Positions 37,519-51,521 of a stretch of 64,000 nucleotides of DNA are shown here, piece after piece; within the stretch, counting starts at the first letter, position 1; each line of letters opens with the position of its first letter. A program made the position numbers and the translations under genes. The notes under the pieces are model-generated. The model was not told the DNA's origin. It was given only the letters and a program-made list of their open reading frames with translations, and did no database searches. Origin of the DNA: Chara braunii (Eukaryota > Plantae > Charophyceae); assembly GCA_003427395.1 (NCBI GenBank), contig BFEA01000027.1, positions 1,767,086-1,831,085 on the forward strand, written 5' to 3'.

Positions 37519-40204
37519 GGCAAACTTGAGAATCGAAATCCAGGCAATCTGAAAATTTTTGGGGATCCGGGCTACCAGAACAGAATGGTTGGCGGAGCCA
37601 GCCCAAAAGAACAAAAAGTGCACCACTGGTCGTTTTGAAAAGCTCCTCATGCAGCGCGGATCCGCTACGGCACAAAGACGCCCAGATGTACTGGTTATTT
37701 GACAGGAGGGAGAAAAAGAAGGGTCCTTTTGCCGCCAGAATGTTTTTTGCCATGCAGAGCTTTTTGTTTTGTTTTCCTTTTTTCATTTTTTTTGGAGCAA
37801 TCCGCAACCATTGCCAATCAATCTCTGTCCCTGATTTTTTTCATATTTTTTTGTTAGACATTCTCAGCAGGCAAAATTGCCATGGTCAGCGCACTCAACA
37901 TTTTGCGAAAAGTTGTTGACTCCATGCACCCAAGCTTACTGAGCCACCCCCTAGCCAGCCATGGGTGCTGGCTTGCAAAGTTGCAAATTATGTGTGTTAG
38001 ATTTTCCCCACAACAGCCCCTGTTCCACCCAGATTAGTACAAGCATCCAAAATCAAAGCAACTTTATCTCTATTGCAGACAGTGAAGCACATTTGAGATG
38101 AGCCAATCCAACAATGAAAAAACAGTTTTACCTCTATAGCAAGCAACACGGCGCGCACTAGATGAATTATTTCCCTTTCTTAAGTATCTTTACTTCAGTT
38201 TTCTTTGGGGTACTCCTTTTATTTGTTATTGCAGATCCCTTTTTACTATGCCTCTCCCATACAAGGAAGGCCACGTTGATTGTGGCTGAGCGCCAGCTGC
38301 CCACATCCCCGTCTGCCTTGACAGCAAACTTGCACGTTATAATAGGAGGCAGATCAAAGGGGGCTTAGGGAGGTACATTCCTATACATTTTTCTTCAGAT
38401 CCTCAGCTTATTTTTTGTCTGTTCTCTTAATGATGCTCGTCCGTATGCTTTTATTAGTAGCACATACATAAGGGGAGGGAGGAAGTACAGGGTAGGAGGT
38501 GGAATTCTATATGGAGCGAGAGGCGGGAGAGAGAGGGTTGAAGGGGGGGAGTGGAGTGGCAAAGACCAGAACAGGGGGATGCCAAACTTCAGAGAGTTCT
38601 CAATACTCACCGCTGGAGCAGACTACTCTAGAATGACACGAGAGGTCAGTCGGTGTTTGGGTTGCAGGAGATTTTGAGTTGAGGAGCAGCCGTCGCCTAT
38701 GGTAAGTGGCCAACCCTACAGACCGGACAGGACTGGTTCGGGTCTGGACTGTGGAAGCACCACATCCAATTCTCGCAGTTGCAGTTGCTGCATCAAATGA
38801 CACGGAGTAGACAGATGTCAAAGACTATGTGGCTCCTACATGCTAGGAACACAGGCACACCGACCGCAATTGTATAGGCACTGCTGTTCCAACCCCTGTC
38901 TACAAATTGGACGTGACATGTCAGGGTGCCGCACATTGTGTGTGTGTGTGTGTTTTGAATTTCCACAACAACAGCCCCTATTCCACCCAGACAAGCAGAT
39001 TCGAGTTGAGCCAGCCCAACAACTAAAGAATCTCATCTCTTTAGCAAGCAACATGAATCATAATAGAACCGTTTAGAACTGTGTTCACCTTGGGTTTCTT
39101 CGGGGCAACAGCTCCTCTTTTACTATTCCTTGCATGTGACGGGGCTGAGGCAGAGCAGCGAGGTCGGGGAAGAGGGAGGGAGGGAGTGAGAGCACACACA
39201 CACACACTCACTCAACTCGACACGGACTCGACACGACTCGACGGACACGAACACAAAGTGGCAAAGTCACAAGCTTGGTTCCGTACACAATGTCGCAGCA
39301 AGTCACACTGAAGCACAAGCACTGAGGCTGAAAACTGAGTCCCCGAACTCATCTTGAGTCCGGTCTTAAGTACTGGACTCAAGTTGAGTCCGAGGGCAAA
39401 AGTGCAATTGCCTCGGGGCTGAACTGAAAATCGAAGGTCTGAGCCTGGGCGTCAGAATGCCAGATGGCGCCAAGTACGAAATCCGAAAGTGGCAGAGGCG
39501 GGATTTGAGAGCGGGCGCCAACTGCAGAGGGCACCAACAGTCAGGAACTGGAGATCAGAGACTCCCAAAAAAAAAATAGAATAGCAGCCTGGCGGGTGGT
39601 AACCAGCGGACCAGGGATCGAACCCTGGCTGGGTCCGTAACATTGCACGTACAAGGCTGCCCACGTTGATGGCGGCTTAGTGGCAGCTTCCCACATCCCC
39701 TTGTGCCTTAACAGCCTACTTGCACGTTATAACAGGAGGCAGAGTAAAGGGGAAGGTATGCTCCTGTGCATTTCACTTCAGATCTTCATACTCCTGTTTC
39801 ATTTCGCTTCAGATCTTCAGCTTATACTTAGTCTTTGTGTCTGTCGTTCGACTTCATACTCCTGTTCAATTCATTTCAGATCCTCAGCTTATACTTTGTC
39901 TGTTCTCTTAACGATGCTCGTTCGTATGTATTTGCTAGTAGCACATAAGGGGAAAGTGGAGGGAAAGGGACAGAAGGCGGAGTTCCATAGGAGTGTGGGG
40001 TAGGGGGAAGTGGAGTGCAAAGGGCAGGAGAGAGATATGTGAAGGGTAGGACAGAGTATGACATGCAAAGGGCAGGGGAAAGGTATATGACGAACTTCAC
40101 AGAATCCTAAATACTCACCGCTAGAACAGACTACTCTAGAATGGCACATGAGGTCAGTTAGTGTTTGGGTGGCACAAGATTTTCAGTTGAGGAGCAGCTA
40201 TTGC

Positions 40205-40430
40205 CTATGATAAGTGGCCACCCCTACAGACCGGACAGGACCGGTTCGGGTGTTGACTGTGGAAGCACTGCATCCAATTTTCGCAGTCGCAGTTGCTGCA
40301 TCGAATGGCGCGGCGCAGACAGATATCACGGACTACGTGGCTCCTACATGCTAGGAACACGGAGGCACGTCGACCGCAATTATAGAGGCATTGTCGTTCC
40401 AGCCCCTGTCTACAAATTGGACATGACATG
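40205..40430 (-). pseudogene. Decayed RING-finger-like coding fragment (duplicated at about 38696-38920)
   Basis: CPICR...ACRSHVV.DICL...W...CPVCR within a direct repeat of about 0.7 kb. Confidence 0.4.
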
Positions 40431-41043
40431 TCAGGGTGCATGAGCACAGTACTGACTGTCGTTGTGTGTATGAAAGCAGAAATGTGTGTGTGCGCACTTG
40501 TTTTGTTTCAAAAGGGCACAGCATCTTCGAACTGACCCGCCTCAGAAGAATTCAGCATCATTTTTAGAAATTTCTTACCCATCTGATTCCATTGGGATTT
40601 GAATTTCAAACTCAGGTCTGTGTTTCAACTTTCAACAGTTCATTAGCGTACCGACTGAACAGGCCAGCTGGTAAGTTGCACATTGTTGAGGCATGCGCAG
40701 CAGTGGCAGTTTTTTATGCACCCTCCATCCCCCACCGCGGAGAGAAGACAATGGTGGAAAAAAAAAAAAAAAAAAAAGAAGAAGAAGATTTTCAGTTTTT
40801 CACTATAAGGTCCTCATCCACTCATAACTTTCAAATCCATCATCCTAAGCCATGGGATGCATCAAACATATTAATTACTAGACTACTAGTCAGATACCAA
40901 GAACTGCAAAAGTCGAGATAACAACAGGAGAGAGGACCCTCTTGTTGATCTTCTTCTCTTCTTGGTGGCTGTCAATTACACAAGTACACAAGAAGCAGCC
41001 CACTACTTTTTTTCCGTCAAACTTCTTGTTTTTTTTTTTAAAT

Positions 41044-41142
41044 AAAAAAGGACCATTCCTCAATTTATGCATGTCATCCTTGCGCAGGCGCCATGCTAAT
41101 GTCCTCTACAGCGTTCACATGTTGACGGATGTCATAAAGGAC
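41044..41142 (-). pseudogene. U6: Degenerate full-length U6 copy
   Basis: ATTAGCATGGCGCCTGCGCAAGGATGAC...AATGGTCC followed by a T-run; ACAGAGA box destroyed. Confidence 0.85.
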
Positions 41143-42768
41143 ACTGTGAAGTTCTTTCTATCCATTTAAATGATGGGGGAAATGCAAATATGGAAGTCTA
41201 TGTATCTGATCAATAGGAAGGCCGTGGACGTCAGTTTTCGCAGTGTACAGAGTTATCATCGGGAATATCAGGAATGCATGTTCCTGCATTCCCAGCCAGA
41301 TTCAGTCACACATATGGTCTCGTTGTGAGAGTTGCACCTAGCTCAGATCCTTTCGTTACAAGAAAATGGCACTTTCCTAAAAGCTAAAACTTAGTAGAGC
41401 AACGAACTGAGGGTAAGCTCAGAAATTCAGATCCAGTTCTCACCATTTGATTTGTCTGTTACTTTCCGTTTTTACCTTTGGTATGATCCTTGCCATCTTT
41501 GAAAAAAAACAATTACAAACAAAAAGTTGATAACTTGATATCCATAAGGACGATAACTTTCCTTTTTTCCGTTTTAAATTTCGCATGATGACTAGCAGAG
41601 TACCATCTTCGACTTTCCGTCCCTTTGAATACTGGCGTTACTTCATGTCTGGTGAAGCTATTTCCACAACAGTATCTTGTGCATGCATCTCCACCATTAG
41701 AGTCTGTGAATCCGTGGCCACCACGATGATCTTTTATTAAGCTACTATTGTGCATCGCACCCATCCGACAAGCATTATCTAAGAGACGGGAAAAAAGGAG
41801 GGGGGGGAAATAAAAAGGCAGAATCGGAAGGAATTAATAAACCTACGGTAGATATTCTTTCGGGCTAGCGCTTCCACCTCCTTGGTTTGATCATCATAAG
41901 GCGCACGCCCGCTGTACCCCTCCTGACAATCCAAATGAATCACAGGGGGGGTCAATCCCCTTTCTGCAGTAACCGGTTGATCCGTGTTCATTGCACAGAC
42001 CATCCTCATTGTACTCTAGATTGGTCTGTTGTGGCTCCTTCGATTACTCTGTGCTTCTCACGAACAACCCTTCCCCCCAGGGTTCCATTCCCTTTGGTAA
42101 ATAGGACTTCTTTTTTGGGATTTTCTGAGTTCTGCTTTATGAGGTATTCTTTTATAGGTATTTCTTTCATGGATTTCTCAAATTTCCTCCCTTTTTGAGC
42201 TCTTTTGGTTCCTGGTTTCTAGTTTAAAATAGAAACAAGGTAGGATGGCTGGTTATATAGCATTTTTCTGGCTTATTGGGTAGGCCTGGGTACTTTAGAT
42301 AGTCTCACACTGCCCACTGATAACCTTAAAAGCTTATGGCCCTCGGTTCATCTTAAACCACCAGTACTCGGCCTCAGCCTTGCAGCAAACAACTCGTCGC
42401 CACAAGAAGCAAAAGGCTGGCTCGGGGCAGGGTCGGAGCGTCAGAAGGTTTTCAAAATTTTGGGCCCATGTCAAATCCGTACGTCCCAAAAAACAAAACA
42501 AGCTTTGCCCGTGATTGCAGTTGGATACACTTTTTGGAGTACTGCCCTCAGTGAGGGCACTTCGGCAGAACGAGGAACACGGGGAGCACGACTGTCAGAA
42601 TGACAAAAAAAGAACAAACAAAAAAAAAAAGCCCCAAAAAACAAAACAAGCTTTGGCCGTGATTGCAGTTGGATACACTTTTTGGAGTACTGCCCTCAGT
42701 GAGGGCACTTCGGCAGAACGAGGAACACGGGGAGCACGACTGTCAGAATCACAAAAAAAGAACAAAAA

Positions 42769-44125
42769 TGTTATGATCCTGGCCAATTTCGAAGTATACA
42801 TTCATCAAAAAGTACAATGTCGTCCAATTGCAAAAAGAAATGAATGAACTTGAGAGGAGAGAGAGGGAAAGAAGAAAGAGTAAGAAAGAAGAAGAAGATG
42901 ATGTACTCCAGCATAGACCAATGACAAGGCTCTTCTTCTTCGCCAACCAATCTCCTCCTCCTTATCTCCACCCCTCTTATTCAAACAAGAAATAACAATA
43001 ATAATGTTGAATGTCTGAACCAGAATCAATGTCCGAATCCCACTTCTACTGCAAGCACAACATGAGGTCCACCATAGCCATGGCCACCCTTCTCCTTCCT
43101 CTCACATATAGGCTGAGGCTATGGCGGACTACTGAGGGCTCAACCCTCCTGTCCAAATGACAACCCAAAGCAGCTATGCCGCTGCCACCCTCTGCAAAGG
43201 GCAACGCAAAGCAGCTATGCTGCTGCTCACTAGGCCGCCATGCCTGCCACTGCCCCGAACTTCCTTGGTGCGGCACTACCCCAACAGGGGCCTTCCAGAT
43301 GCAGCGCCTAACAAGGTGATGAAGATGGTGTCCACCATAGCCAGGTAGGTACCTCGCCACTCTCCTCCTTAGTCCCCGTCTCCCTCCTCCTCCTACCGGT
43401 AGAGCTCCACCATAGCCAAGGTGGAGGCTCCCGGCTTCTTCCTCCCAGCAGCGCTGCTCCAGCCAGCGCTCCAGCAGCGCGTCGCCAAACTTGCACACTG
43501 AAGAATGAGGTCGGGCTCTTCCTTCGGCCTCTTGATATAGCGGCCTACTTGCCTCCTGGGCGGTGACTTCCAGGGCGCTCGGCCTCCCAAGCAACCGGTA
43601 CCTCCTCCCTTTCGGAGGGAAACATCATTGCAGACTCTGATATTGCCCGTACAGGCTCTAGACTCAGACTGGATGGACTGGTACCGGCCTAGACCTAGCC
43701 TACCGCTACTGGGCCTCAAAAAATGCCAACTTTGTCTTCTTCTGCTCGGCCTCGAGTACCCGGCACATCTACTGCTACTGGGTGCGGTACCGACCTACCT
43801 GCTACTTGAGTGTTTTTCCGCTGCTCTAAGCACCGCGGCCCCCTGGCTCCGCTACTTGAGTGTTTTCCCTGCTGTAACCCTCAATGCCACGGCCACAGGT
43901 AAGTACCGGCCCTACGGGCCTGCCAAACAAGCAAGTACCCTTGCGGGTCACACACACACCCGTACCGACAAGCACTCAGACAGGCACGCAGGTCAACAAA
44001 CACGCACACACACACAGACTTAGAAAACTCAGCAGAATGCGGGAATCTCAGCAAGGCATCCATTCCATCGGCAGAGCTCCAGAAATCGGCAGTGTTCTCA
44101 GTCTGTGTTATGGCGGGGCATTAAA
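42769..44125 (-). mobile_element. Solo LTR of the same chromovirus family
   Basis: Colinear diverged homolog of 24232-25603, with no PBS or PPT beside it; A-run flanks. Confidence 0.9.
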
Positions 44126-44153
44126 AAAAAAAAAAAAAAAAAAAAAAAACAAA

Positions 44154-44581
44154 GGGGCTCGTTCGACACTCCACGGGCGCCTAAAGTCCCTGAGGAATTT
44201 TTCGTTCCACCTATCCTCGGGGATGCAGTCGGAAAAAAAAGTGAAAACACTCCGAAGGAAATTCCTTGGACTCCGAGGATTCCCCAGCCTTTTCTTCCTT
44301 TGGGCAAAAGGAATCCGCGTTTCACGGAGAGGAACGGGCACATGGGTAGAGAGACGTTACAACCGAGAATCTGGATCGCGGCGGCACCCTATTGGCTGAA
44401 GGCCTCAAACACATTTGATTTTTTTTTTCTTTTCTTTTTTCTTGTCTGACATAGTTCGAAGGAAATGTCCTCGGGCGACGTCCCCGAGGACAGGTGGAAT
44501 GATGGTGGGAATTTCCTTGAAAACCCCCAAGGAAACTTCCTTCGGCCCCCAGGACGCCCCAAGGAGTGTTGAACGTGCCCC
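44154..44581. mobile_element. PIF/Harbinger-like MITE
   Basis: TIR GGGGCWCGTTCRACACTCC, 3-bp AAA flanks. Confidence 0.65.
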
Positions 44582-47500
44582 AAAGCTTTGGCCGTTGAAG
44601 TGGTTGGATGCATTTCAATGGCGCCAGTGTGAGTATGCCCTCAGCGAGGGCGTTTTGAGCAAGAGGAATATGTGCTGCCTTGCTGGCAGGGAAAGGAAGG
44701 AAAAAACAAAAGGAGAAAAAAAGAAAAAACAGCAATGTTTTCCTCCCCCGTAATAGTGGTCAGATGCATTCTGGAAAGTGATCGTTTGAGTATGGCCTTC
44801 GTGATCTCTGGCATGTTTTTTCCTTTCCTTTTTTTTTCCCCCTTCAGGTAGAGCACCGGTGCCACTTCCGAAATTCCCACTGCAGGTACCCACACGCAGA
44901 AGGCTCGGAAAATAGCCGCGCGCAGTGGGCAGTTAGCTTCGGGATTTTAGGTGCGGGTGTACTGGTGGTTTAATCCTTGTTTTTTCCATGCTTGCCGGTG
45001 ATTAGTAACCGGACTGGTTCCCCCCAGAATATAAAGGGGTTGGATTAAAAAATAAAAATAAAGAAAAAGGACTACAGATCCAAGTTTGAATCCAGATATA
45101 ATCAGATGACCAGAAGAAAATCATTCTGAATTACCTGGGGCCAGTCAGTTCAATGATGATATCTCAAGGCCGTCGCCCTTTTAAACCACCAGTACTTGGC
45201 CCAGCTATAAGCTGCGGGAAAAAATAGACTAGAAACGTTTCTAGTTGGATGAATTTGGACGCTCCTGTGGTGGCCCGTACATTTCCTAAAATTGTGGCTT
45301 GTTAACGGGCGCAACTTTAGGAAGTACCAGTAAGTTTAAACAAACAAACGGAAAAAAAAAAAGGAATCAATAAATTAATTGCATCCCTACCTTCCTTATG
45401 CTACACCAACCCTGAAATTTTGTTTTTCACTTCCCTAAGGAAAATAGTTCAGAATACTGTAAGGGCCCAAGGGGTGCTGGGAAGAGGCAAGTTGGGCTCC
45501 ATAACAGTGGATACCAGCAGGCTGAATTGGACTAGCAGAGCCCCACATGGCGCAGGACCTGAGGTTGCACAGGAGGAGGTTCAATCGCAGGCTGGGTCTG
45601 AACACTTGGCCTCCAGCTGAACAACTGCATATATGGGCAGGCGGCGAGGGGCACACAGTGGTCCCACAGTGTGTACCAACCCGGACGGATCGGCCTAGTA
45701 GGAGCCGGAGTCGACTGGCACCTCGGGTTTTCCCAAGGTGCCCTATCGTCGAAAGGACCAGGAAGCATGTAGGAATCTTGGGGCCGGGTCAGCCGAGGTC
45801 TGGGGTTGCCATGACAGCAGGGGGACAGTTGAGGTGGTGGTGCCGATAAGAGTAGGGAATGTGCAGATATCGCCAGGAAAATGAGGTTACCAGAGGGTCA
45901 ATTGCAGACGGTGAGTGGTCGCAGACAGTGAGTGGGGGATTCCTTGTGAGGGGTGAAGAGTGGCTCAAAGGTGGATGTCCAATTTTTTTTTTTTAAGGCA
46001 GGGGTGAGGGGTGGTATATGCTTCCAACTGAAGTAATCAATGCCGCCTGCTCGGGTCCCTCGACCATAATAGGGGGAAGTGTGAGTGCGTACGCATTGTA
46101 TTCTTTGCATTGACTTACCAGTGGAATAGGAACCGGACTGACGCTTCCCGGACTGGATAAGGAGCCAGAACCAAAAGGTTCCGTCTTCCAAAACAAAACA
46201 AAAAAAAAAAAAACACAATACTGTGAGGAGTCTGATGAGCTTAGGAGTGCCAAAGACGGCACAAATCGCTGCACAACAGAACACACAACCTCACATGCAG
46301 CAGATTCGCTCCTGTGATCCACACATTCGGAAACCTCTTTTTTTTTTTTTGGAAAACCATCTATATATAAGGGAACTCATGGTGAGATATCTCCAGGATT
46401 GAAAAAGAGGGATCTCTTGTTTCAAGCTATTTCCAGAAGAAACAGTGGCTGTGGAAACCTACCTACCTACCTACCTACCTACCTACCTACCTACCTATAT
46501 GCAGGGAATTCTCCTTAGAATATTCAGAGAATACTAAGAGGTTATAAAAGAAGGCTCACTTTTTCAAGCTCCCCTCGCCCCCCCCCCCCACAAGAAATAA
46601 AAGTGACAATGGAAACGCCACCACACTATACCTCTTTCTTGGTAGGCTGAACGATAAACACCTTTCAGAAAAAAAGGTGCCGATGGAACCGAGAAGCCAG
46701 ACTATGCTTGGACTTGTGGAAAACTGCCCATATGCAGGGAATTCTCCTCACCATATTTCGAAAATCCTTTTAAAGAACACTTTTTTTCACTTCTCCCCCC
46801 TACCTTCCTTCCCCCTCATCAAGAGAAAATGACAGTGGCGAGAGAGTGGAGAGACATCACCAGACTGTATCTCGTCCGTGGCAGGCTGCATGGTAAACAC
46901 CTGTACACACTTTTTTTTTTTTTACTCTGTCGATCCATGAATAAGCTGTCAGGTCATTTCTCCCTCTGTGTGTGTGTGTCTGTCTGTGCACGTCACAGGC
47001 AGTTTTTGTTTTAGTATTTGCATTTTGTGAGAACTGAGCCCTCACGGGGCCCCAACAGACATGCAAATGTTCTTGGCTGTGGGCCCCAGCAAGCATTGTG
47101 CCCGCCCTAATTTAAGGTGGGCCTGAATATCATCAAAAGGCCTACTTTCGACATTTTCCATATGTGGGTACTCAGACAGTTGCAGCACGCCAGTTGGTTA
47201 CAGAGAAAAGTGAACCTGCGCTGTACAGTTGAGCCCAGGACTGGGTGGTTGCGCCCTGGGCACACGCAGTGTGAGGCCGACCTATCACGCAGCGGCCACA
47301 GACGAATGAGAAAGCAGCATTGTCATCACACAACCTCCGCGAGCCAATGAGAATGCGGCCAACACTTGGAGCCTGGAAGGCTACCCGTACGTGCCCAACC
47401 GGAAAGGGACCAGGCCCCTTCACTGTAGAAATGGGCCTGGGCGCAAACACTGGGGCCCAACTGGAAGCTATCGGAAACTTCCCCAGCCAGGCCCACACAG

Positions 47501-48757
47501 GCACACACAGGGGCTGCAATTTCCATAAAGGAAAGAGGCCAGCCCAGGCAAAGGCATTCTGGCCTAGGCAGGCAATGCGGACACGCTGCTGCGTTGCTGC
47601 GCAAGTGTCTGCATGGGCGCTGCTGGTCGGACCCGCGCACGGGCGCACTGGTGAGAGGGGTGCTGCTGAGGCAGCGGGCGCACAGCAGCCATAGAGGGCA
47701 GCTGGGGCGCAGGGCAGGTGATGGCCAAGGTGGTCTTTGGGTAGAAGGCGCATGAGGTGGGGAGACGAGGGGTGATGAGGGGAGGAGAGAGAACGTACTG
47801 GCACATGAGGTGGGGAGACGAGTTGCCGGCATTGGTGTTGACGCCACGTACATTGGTCTTAGACTTCAGAGTGATCCAGTTGCAAGAATGTAGATAGGCT
47901 AGATAGGCTAGATAGGCTGGGTAAGATAGGCTGGGTGCTGGGCGCCAGACATTCAGTGCGACATTGGGTACAGTGTCGGTGTGACCAGAGAGTGGCGACA
48001 TTGACACCTGAGTTCGTTGTATTGCTCATATTTGGACGGTATCTTGGTGCATTCTACTCTCTGCTTTGTTCATGACTATCTGAGTTTCTTCGTGATTTTG
48101 CAACTTGGTTTTCTGTCCATCGCTCTAGCTCATATTCCTTGCAGTTTTTTAATGACTGACAATTTCATCAGACTGTAAAGGTCATACATGCATGTGCATG
48201 TATGCACGCGTTTTAAATTCCCCCCACAACAGCCCCAATTCCACCCAGATGAGTAGCTTCAGTATGTACATGTGCGTGCATGTGTGTGCATGTGTGTGTT
48301 GCATGTGTGTGCATGTATGTGCATGTATGTGCATGTATGTGCATGTGTACGCGTGTGTTCCACCAACAATATTTACTCGTCGGGCAACAACAACTGTTCT
48401 TTTTCTTTTTTAAGCTTGGTTCATTCATTTTCCCTTGCCTATTTGTTTGTCGAGAAATGATTGCGGAAATGCTAGTGACAGCAATGAAGTTTTAAATCTT
48501 AAATTTCTATGAAGTTTGTTCACTTTTTAGATTCTTTCAGCAGGTGTGCGTTGGGTGGTCCCCACGAACACATTTGAGCCGTCGGGTATTTCACCTAAGA
48601 CCTCCTCCTGGGAGGGGTGGTTTACTCAACAGATCATGAGTTCAAATCCTGAGATGACCAGATAAACAGAATAACATTAGGGACTATCACCTTTGAAAAA
48701 GGGGAAAAAGAGGAAAAAGTGGCAAAAAACACAAGTCGAGGAAATCTCCAGTCTCGA

Positions 48758-48914
48758 TTAAACCACCAGTACTTGGCCCAGCTATCAGCCGTGGAAAAAA
48801 ATAGAGTACAAACATTTCTAGTCGGATGAATTTGGGCGCTCCTGTAGTGGCCGTACGTTTCCTAAAATTGTGGCTTGTTAACGGGCACGCCTTTAGCAAG
48901 TACTGGTGGCTTAA
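48758..48914. mobile_element. TTAA-flanked MITE; a paralog lies at 45181-45338
   Basis: TTAAACCACCAGTAC...GTACTGGTGGCTTAA. Confidence 0.8.
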
Positions 48915-50000
48915 AGAGAGAACCACTCATTGGGAGATGACATGCTGGGAGACCTTCGATGGCTTCGCAGTTCCCGGCTCTCCTTTAGACCACCAGTTCA
49001 CACAAGCCTAAAGAGGACAAAGCTACCTTCCAACTGTGCCTCAACGTGGCCTGCCGCTCTCTCTACCGGCCCAGGCCCAAATTGAAATGCCCTTACCGCG
49101 TAAACCGGTAAGAGCCACACTCTGCTTCGTGTGACCTGGCAGTTTAACAAAACTTTTGGCTGCTCCATAGGGGCTCACCACACCACTGTCGAAACAAGAA
49201 AAGAACGAATGCGCCTTCCACAGAACGTGGTAAGATGCATCCAGTGCTATTCATAGTAATGAAGCATCTTCCCCTTCTCTGCGGGAAGATGCACTCGTAC
49301 TTTTTTCATTTCGAGAGTAGTGTCGTGAGGCCCAGCCAGTCGGTGTCCTTACAGTTGGGTCACAAACAGAGCAAACCATTCAGCCATTTCACGAGGGCTA
49401 CTTCTTCTGCAGATTCGCTGCTGGGTTCAATGGATTGGTACTGGGATGAACCACTAACGCCAGACACCATCCGGGGATTGGTAGACCATGGTCTGAAATA
49501 TGCATATTCATTTCTTTTTTATGGGATATTCGGGTCTCGTTAAAGTATCCTTGAAACTTTCACAATTAGTTTTCCCTAATCCGATTGCTCGTTCCAGGGT
49601 TTCCTTGAAAATTGGTCTCAAGGGCAAGTCCTTGAGAAAGTTGCCATTTACTTGCATTCAAATCACCACTACCTCCGAGCCTCCTTTTGCCGAGCTGGAG
49701 TAGAACCGTGCGCCAAGCTTTGACAAAGCGCCAGCACCACCTTTTTTCTGTCAGTTTTGCTGACGGTGCCAGCCATTTTGGTTCGGTGACGCCCGGCCTC
49801 CGGATGATGCGGTATACATTATATTCACGACTTGGCCTTCGCCTCGGAGAGGTAGTGGTGGTTTAAGAAAACCAAAAAATGAAAGTTGTGTTTTAGGCTT
49901 TCAACCAATCAGATTCCTTGGATGCAGTATGTATGCCCTTGCCATTCTCAAGGACTGGTCATAGATCCTATTGAAAAAGGATCCTATTTTCCTTTTTCAA

Positions 50001-50124
50001 TAACATCTACCTGGGGATACTAGCGCGGGTGGTAAAAGCATCCTCCTGTAGTATGACCCCATGGTAGATGGCTCCAGTCTATTGGCGGGGAGCAGCACCT
50101 GCTGGAAAACGGGTCCAGCGTCCC
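50001..50124 (-). mobile_element. Retroposon 3' tail, same family
   Basis: Same two-pseudoknot motif plus a long CATCTACC...GGTAGATG hairpin. Confidence 0.75.
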
Positions 50125-51486
50125 ATCCAAGGGGGATTCCTCGAAACTCTGGGGGGACTCCTCTGAATGTTTTCACATCCGTCTGCAAAAACTTTGTAGG
50201 GTGTGTGATTAGGAAACCATGAATCGACAACATTCCTCCAAAATAAGCCTTTTCTAGGATAGTGGAGTGAAACCCTTAGTATTGACTGGGACCTTGTTCA
50301 CAGATCGAGAAAATCAGGACATCTGAAACTGACTGCAATTGGACTAGATGTGGCCAATTTCCCTCCCTATTGTGAACTGCCACTGAGTCTTCCGGTTGCC
50401 AAACATGTGGGCATATTGTGGACGAGTACACAATGAGGTGTCCCTACTTCGAGCATGTTGTATCATCACCGCCAGAAATGGACATCTTACTGTGATAGGT
50501 GCTCTATGGGCTTTATGCGGGCATATTGTGGCTAAGAACGCAACGAGTTGTCCCTTTTTAGTAGGAAGATCGCATCACCCCCATAATGCAGAAGGACAGA
50601 ATCTAAGTCGGTTCCTCAGACCAGCGCTCAACCAAGGACCAACATTCCCCGGTGAGGGGCAGCTGAGCGCCTCAATAACATCCAACAGTGGGCAGTTAAA
50701 CCACCAGTTCACCCGGACCTATTTTGATGAACCAAAATGTGCATTTGCTGAGCCTAACAGTGACCAGTACCGGCTCTCAGAAAAATAAAGGTGGTACCTG
50801 TACCAGCCTTTGTATGAATGAAAAGTCTGGACTGCTGGCCACCAGATCGGACGAGAAACAAGCCTGCCATCATGTTCCACATCAATGCCCACGCCTCCTC
50901 CTCCTCCTACTACTACTACTACTCCTACTACTGTTATTAGTACTACGACTTCCACTACCACTGATACGACTACTACTAAGCCAAACAGAAGGTGATAGCT
51001 TCTTGTTGGCAGCAATCCAGAGTCTGTCATTATAGCTACATATGGACTGAAACTTGCTCCAGATACACCTATAATGACCAGTCGTTCTATACGGCCGAAG
51101 GCAGCGCCTTGTTTTTCTTTTGTACATATGTCATAAATGTCTTGTCATATTCGCTATACACTCAAAAAAAGCCTGACTGAGCCAGACTGTTACGTCGGAC
51201 TTTCACCGACTCATCAGGAGTTTGAACCCTGATTGTCTGCCGAGGATCCATTTGACTGATGGATAAGGACTCACCACATCGCCCAGAGTAAGCGATACCC
51301 CTGAGAAAAGTGGTAGACTTTACTCACACCAACCTTGCAATCCTATCAGACTGCCGGTCCAAACCCCTGACAAGAACAGTAGTAAGTCTGAGAAGCTAAT
51401 CCGACACAGTCATAAAACCCACTCTACACACCCACTCAGCCATGGACCACCCAATGGCATGATGTCATAAGTGTGTGTGTGTGTGT

Positions 51487-51521
<35 letters not shown>

